From Chara braunii (Eukaryota > Plantae > Charophyceae), in NCBI GenBank assembly GCA_003427395.1, contig BFEA01000020.1:1687588-1751587 (forward strand): a stretch of DNA of 64,000 bases, given 5' to 3'. Below, one piece after another: positions 61,601 to 64,000 of the stretch. The notes below the pieces were generated by a model. That model was not told the DNA's origin. It worked only from the letters and a program-made list of their open reading frames with translations, and ran no database searches. The translations under genes were made by a program, and so were the position numbers. Position 1 is the stretch's first letter; the number at the start of each line of letters is the position of its first letter.

Positions 61601-64000
61601 CCCCAGGCTGGGGAGGTGGAGTTGGTATATCTGCTTCTAGGTGGTGCAAGAAGGGACCCTGCGTTAATGCAAGCGCAAGCTGTAAGCCGACCTTTTTTAG
61701 GGGACGACTCAAGCAGGGTTTCCAAAGGCGGTACAAGACGATAGATAAAAAGTGCCGCCCAGTTCCCGTCCTCGTTACCGAAGATGAGGAGGTATACTAC
61801 GAGCGGGAACGAGGATTGATACGGCAGATGAAGGAGTCATGCCGCATCAACGAAGAAAACGAAGGAAAGTTGATAATAGGAGAGTCCGACTTCCTACTGC
61901 CCCAGGAAAGAGCGTTAATGGTAGAATTAATGAAGAAAAGGCATCGCGCCTATGTGTTTAGCAATGAGAAGCGCGGCAGGTTGGATGTAGATAAGATTCC
62001 TATGATCCGCATCCATACCGTGCCGCGTGAGCCTTGGAATTTGAGAGGGGCACGATATCCTAATCCTGACGAGGAAAAGAAGGTGGTAGATTACCTCGAC
62101 GACAAGATACTTACGCCTATCGCCGATTACTCAAGTGGGTCATACGCATCCCCATGGTTTTGTTTCATTAAACCTAATGGGACGCTGCGATGGGTGCAAG
62201 ATCTGCAGCGGCTGAATACGGTGACTGTGCGAGATGCGGGAGGATTGCCAAATGCAAATGCGCTGGAAGGCTTATAATTTCGCTTATAGACCTTTATTCT
62301 GGATGTGACCAGTTTCCGGTCTATCCGCCATACAGGCCGGTAACGGCAATGCATACGCCTCGAGGGCTGATCCATATGAATGTGGCTCCCCAAGGGTGGA
62401 CCAACGCAGTAGCAATGGTTCAGCAGGCTATGATTCGGACCATGCAGTCGGTCAGTCCGCATATTACCCAGCCCTATATTGATGACTTGGCAGTGAAGGG
62501 GCCAACGGTGAAAGAGAATGACGAAGTCTTGCCGGGAGTGAGGCGTTTTGTCTGGAGACATATTCAGGACCTTGACAAAGTCCTAAATTTGTTTGAAGAG
62601 CATAGCCTCACTGCAAGTGGGGCCAAATCCAAACACTGCATGAGGGAAGCTACCATCTTGGGGTTCGTCTGAAGTGAGAAAGGTCGTCGGCCGGATGTAA
62701 AGAAGATGGACAAGATTATCGAGTGACCGGTACCATTTCACTCAATAACTGATGTTAGAAGCTTCCTCGACACGTGTGGGTTTTGGAGGACCTTCGTCAA
62801 GAATTTCGCCGCCAAGACTGAGCACTTGAGAAATTTGGTTCGTCAGGATCAAGAATGGATCTAGGGTGAAGAGCAGGAAAGAGTGGTGGCAGAAATAAAG
62901 GAAGAATTCCGAGAAGGGGGATTTGTATTGGGAGCGCCAGACTATGATGCCACAGAAACAAGACTATTCATTGTTGAGACGGATGCTGGACCGACTGCCT
63001 TGGGTGAAGTTTTGATTCAGGTAGATATGGAAGGGAAAGAGAGACCACTGCGATTCGAGAGTCAAACTCTCCGTACGACTGAGAGAAATTACTCCCAGTT
63101 CAAGAGGGGGACTCTCGCCGTCCTTCAATGCCTGCGAATCTTTCGAAACTATATCCTTGGCAGGAGATTCATATTGAGAGTAGACCCGACTACGCTAGCT
63201 TATTCCTTGAGGAATTATGTTCCGTCAGATCCAACTGTTGCCAAGTGGCTAACGTACATCTGGATGTTTAATTCTGAGCTGGAACGGATCCCTGGGAACA
63301 AGAATAGGGCGGACGGGCTGAGCCGTATCAACTGGCATAAGCAAGAGGGAGAGGCAGTAGAGAACACGCCCCGAGTTGATGGCTTCCTGGATCAGGAAGA
63401 GGACATCCGCCTCCACATTAATGAGTGGTCTCCGTGAGTGCCTAACTGCGTTGGTCATCCCATCTGGCATGCGCCAAACGGGTATGAACAGAAGGCAGAG
63501 TTGGTGCTCAAGAGGAAGATCCATGAGGCATCAAAGATGTCCAATGGATGATGAAGTTGACATTGGCAGGTTCGCATAGTCTGGTAGAGGAGGTGAGAAC
63601 TATAGAGGAAGGACCAGATCGGGTAGAGAGGCACGAGGAATTGATGGGAGGGATGTATCTCCTCGTCAATACACTTCTGCAGGAAAACTTCGATCAGATA
63701 AGCTCGTTGAATCCAGCCGAGAATGAGGATGTGGTGCCAGAGAGCCAGGACGACGAGTTCGAGGAAGGAGAGATCAGAGAGGCATTCCATACAAAAGAGT
63801 ATGATGGAATCTACCTGGAACTGAGACTACTCCTACCATGTGAGACGCGGGATAGGGATGCAAGTGAAAGGGCCCAAAAGATGAGGCATCTCTATTTAGT
63901 AAGAGATGGTCATTTTTTTGTAAAAAAGCAAGTAGGAAATCCCAGGAGAGTCATATGTGGCAGGAACCGTCAGATTGATGTTATAGCTGCGCTTCATGAT
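58606..64000 (+). mobile_element. Decayed Ty3/gypsy retrotransposon 2 (gag-PR-RT-RH; continues past the window)
   Basis: Gag FHFNGERVSDWL, knuckle CQHCDKQGHTIWFC, protease IVDTGAEMN, RT WVQDLQRLN / PQGWTNAV / YIDD, RNase H IVETDAG..NRADGLSR. Many stops. Confidence 0.92.
59063..59279. mobile_element. 217-bp insertion interrupting gag of gypsy 2
   Basis: Flanked by TTTTGG (59057-59062 and 59280-59285); imperfect TIRs containing GTTAAC..GGGG. Removing it restores AQCAIVLG-LLTAWE. Confidence 0.75.

Overview
Eukaryotic, repeat-dominated nuclear scaffold with N gaps and three leftover Nextera mate-pair junction adapters. The gene content and transposon types suggest a streptophyte green alga such as Chara; this is inference, not a database result. 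One intact host gene is present: a 5-exon plastid ADP-glucose pyrophosphorylase small subunit (APS1/glgC-type) on the minus strand, CDS 34398..24183, 567 aa, GT-AG introns. The rest is decayed L1/Tx1-type LINEs and stacked LINE 3' tails, two decayed Ty3/gypsy retrotransposons, TIR elements/MITEs, a tRNA-derived SINE family, satellites, a group II intron RT fragment, and a dense set of snRNA retrocopies (five U6 loci, one U2 fragment). Main observation: a full-length U6 copy (minus strand, 9753..7037) is split at CCC-CTG-CGCAA by two tandem, related TIR elements with three CAG target-site copies. This is a candidate U6-targeting Harbinger-like DNA transposon family. The same U6 is fused at its 3' end to a short LINE tail. 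That tail carries a conserved, covarying stem-loop/pseudoknot motif found about 10 times in the window.
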